From the NCBI GenBank assembly GCA_963847185.1, contig CAWJYV010000008.1:192001-256000 (forward strand): DNA of 64,000 bases. Direction: 5' to 3'. The notes below the pieces were generated by a model. That model searched no databases. It was not told where the DNA came from and saw nothing but the letters and a program-made list of their open reading frames with translations. The position numbers and the translations under genes were made by a program. Below are positions 62,034 to 64,000 of the stretch, in pieces (within the stretch, counting starts at the first letter, position 1; every line of letters starts with the position of its first letter). The DNA comes from an uncultured Methanosarcinaceae archaeon (GTDB taxonomy: Archaea; Halobacteriota; Methanosarcinia; Methanosarcinales; Methanosarcinaceae).

Positions 62034-64000
62034 ATGACCCAGAATAATACTGATTCAAATACCAGGCGCAAACGCGCTAAAGGTACCGTACAGAAGAACA
62101 CCCTCGGGCCTGTTGAGGACCTTGAAACTCATGTTCGGTCCGACTGGTGGCAGACTCTTTTTAACTCTCTTTATCTTAAGACCGATGCCGATCTTCTGGA
62201 TGATATGGAGGTTACCAAGAAAGAGGTCGATCTAATTGTCTCCATCTTGGGGCTTGCTCAGGAAGAAAAAGTCCTTGATCTCTGTTGCGGACAGGGTAGA
62301 CATGTACTTGAGCTTGCAAGACGGGGGTTTTTGAATATTGAGGGGTACGACAGGTCTCAGTACCTAATCAGAAAAGCCAGAACCAGAGCACAGAAAGAAA
62401 ACCTGCAGGTCAGGTTCAGAGAAGGAGATGCAAGAAAACTTCCCTATCCTCCTGATACCTTTGACGTGGTTACTATCATGGGCAACAGTTTTGGTTATTT
62501 TGATTCTTCCCTTCAAGATCGAAAAATTCTTGAAGAAATATTTAGAGTATTAAAGCCGGGGGGCAAAATTTTCATCGATGCTGTAGATGGGGATTATATG
62601 AAAAAGAATTTCCAGCCGAGATCATGGGAATGGCTGGACAGAAAATATTTTGTTTGTAGAGAAAGAGCTCTTTCCTCAGATGGGGAGAGACTAATTTGCA
62701 GGGAAGTTATAAACCGCATTGACAGGGGGATAATTGCAGATCAGTTCTATGCAGAAAGATTATACAACAAAGAAAGTCTTTTTGAACTCCTTACAGCTTC
62801 AGGATTTAGCAGTCCCACTTTTCATACAACCTTCAGCCCGGTATCTGCAGGTACTCAGGATGCAGGTATGATGGAACAGAGGATCTTACTTTCAGCTTCT
62901 GTTGAAAAAGCCTGGCCTTCTTCTCTTCTGGCAGCCGCGAGTAAAAAGCCTTTGAACATTGCAGTTGTGCTGGGGGACCCAAGGAAAGAAGACCTGGTTA
63001 AGCCTGCATGTGTTTTTGACGATGATGATTTCGATACTCTTGAAAGAATGAAAAAGGCGCTTGCAGAAATTTCCTGCCTGAAATTCACCTTCTTTGATAA
63101 GCATGAAACCTTGATTGATGATTTGAAGAAAAAGGCAGGAAAAATTGATCTTGTGCTAAACCTCTGTGATGAAGGTTTTTACAATGATCCCACTAAAGAG
63201 CTTCATGTTCCTGCTTTGCTTGAACAGCTCAACATTCCCTATACAGGAGCAGGCCCTCAATGTCTTGCCTTCTGTTATGATAAATCCATTGTAAGAGGAG
63301 TTGCCAGGGAAATGGCAATCCCTGTTGCAAATGGGACCCTTGTGCTGGAAGATACAGATCTCTCAAAACTCTCTCTTTCTTTTCCCTTGCTCGTAAAACC
63401 TAACTCTGGGGATTCGAGCTTTGGAATTACGCAGAAGAGTATTGCTCACAGCATGGAGGAACTTTTTGAAATTCTGAAGGAGACTCGCGAAAAAATAGGA
63501 TCAAATAAACCACTCCTGCTTGAAGAATTCCTTCCCGGAAAAGATATCAGTGTTGGTATTATTGGAAATCCGCCTGCATGCACTGTACTGCCTGTCACTG
63601 AAGAGGACTACTCGGCAGTTCCGGAGAATCTTCCAAAAATTTGCGGCTATGAGGCTAAATGGCTTCCGGATTCTCCTTACTGGAACATCAAATCCGTGCC
63701 TGTAGATCTTCCTGAAGAAACCAGAGTGGAAGTTGTAAAATGCTGCCTTGTTCTTTTCAGCAGGTTGGGCTGTAGAGATTATGCGCGTTTTGATTGGAGA
63801 TTTGATGCCGAAGGTAGGCCCAGGCTTCTTGAAGTAAATCCCAACCCTGGATGGTGCTGGGATGGTCACCTGGCAAAAATGGCAGCTTATGCTAATGTTT
63901 CTTATTCCGGAATGCTTGCAGCCATTATCGAAGCTGCAAAGGAAAGGTATGGGCTTGGGACTGTTGGAAAGATAGAAGCCTCCAGAAAAATGCCTGAACC
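62034..64000 (+). CDS. Class I SAM methyltransferase fused to a D-Ala-D-Ala-ligase-like ATP-grasp domain; runs past the window end
   Basis: Hand translation from ATG 62034: VLDLCCGQGRH, EGDARKLP, then NLCDEG, IPYTGA..LAFCYDK, VKPNSGDSSFGI, EEFLPG and RDYARFDWR..LEVNPNPG. Frame spot-checked at the start and end only; absent from the ORF track, consistent with running off the edge. Confidence 0.9.
   Translation, partial: MTQNNTDSNTRRKRAKGTVQKNTLGPVEDLETHVRSDWWQTLFNSLYLKTDADLLDDMEVTKKEVDLIVSILGLAQEEKVLDLCCGQGRHVLELARRGFLNIEGYDRSQYLIRKARTRAQKENLQVRFREGDARKLPYPPDTFDVVTIMGNSFGYFDSSLQDRKILEEIFRVLKPGGKIFIDAVDGDYMKKNFQPRSWEWLDRKYFVCRERALSSDGERLICREVINRIDRGIIADQFYAERLYNKESLFELLTASGFSSPTFHTTFSPVSAGTQDAGMMEQRILLSASVEKAWPSSLLAAASKKPLNIAVVLGDPRKEDLVKPACVFDDDDFDTLERMKKALAEISCLKFTFFDKHETLIDDLKKKAGKIDLVLNLCDEGFYNDPTKELHVPALLEQLNIPYTGAGPQCLAFCYDKSIVRGVAREMAIPVANGTLVLEDTDLSKLSLSFPLLVKPNSGDSSFGITQKSIAHSMEELFEILKETREKIGSNKPLLLEEFLPGKDISVGIIGNPPACTVLPVTEEDYSAVPENLPKICGYEAKWLPDSPYWNIKSVPVDLPEETRVEVVKCCLVLFSRLGCRDYARFDWRFDAEGRPRLLEVNPNPGWCWDGHLAKMAAYANVSYSGMLAAIIEAAKERYGLGTVGKIEASRKMPE

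Noticed and set aside
62855-63869. Short track ORFs near the window end
   Set aside because: They are shadows of the long methyltransferase/ATP-grasp frame starting at 62034.

Overview
Archaeal chromosomal window of Methanosarcina type (about 40% GC, AT-rich spacers). The core content is the mtrEDCBAFGH methyltransferase operon, the fmdEFACDB formylmethanofuran dehydrogenase operon, archease-rtcB, rnp4, srp19, RFAP synthase-nop5-fibrillarin, a Rad3/XPD helicase, an HxlR-linked flavoprotein cluster, an RND/MMPL exporter with two surface proteins, and tRNA-Thr(TGT). Left of the tRNA lies a decayed integration island with an integrase stub, an IS1634 remnant, a motif-degenerate metallophosphoesterase and a 10x Y-x-P-G-x-W repeat protein. 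The most unusual features are: (i) two paralogous small secreted proteins built on a Trp-every-7-residues helix, each in a duplicated cassette with structured 5' and 3' non-coding flanks (about 30.7-33.05 kb); (ii) an unannotated multi-hairpin RNA candidate with repeated UGGGGG loops next to an orphan hicB (59.35-59.55 kb); (iii) a methyltransferase/ATP-grasp ligase fusion running off the window end; (iv) an internally deleted W/Mo ABC operon; and (v) an IS1-type MITE with an 8-bp target duplication. Several single-base frameshifts, including one in mtrE, suggest sequence errors in the assembly. All calls rest on motif recognition by eye; no database searches were run.
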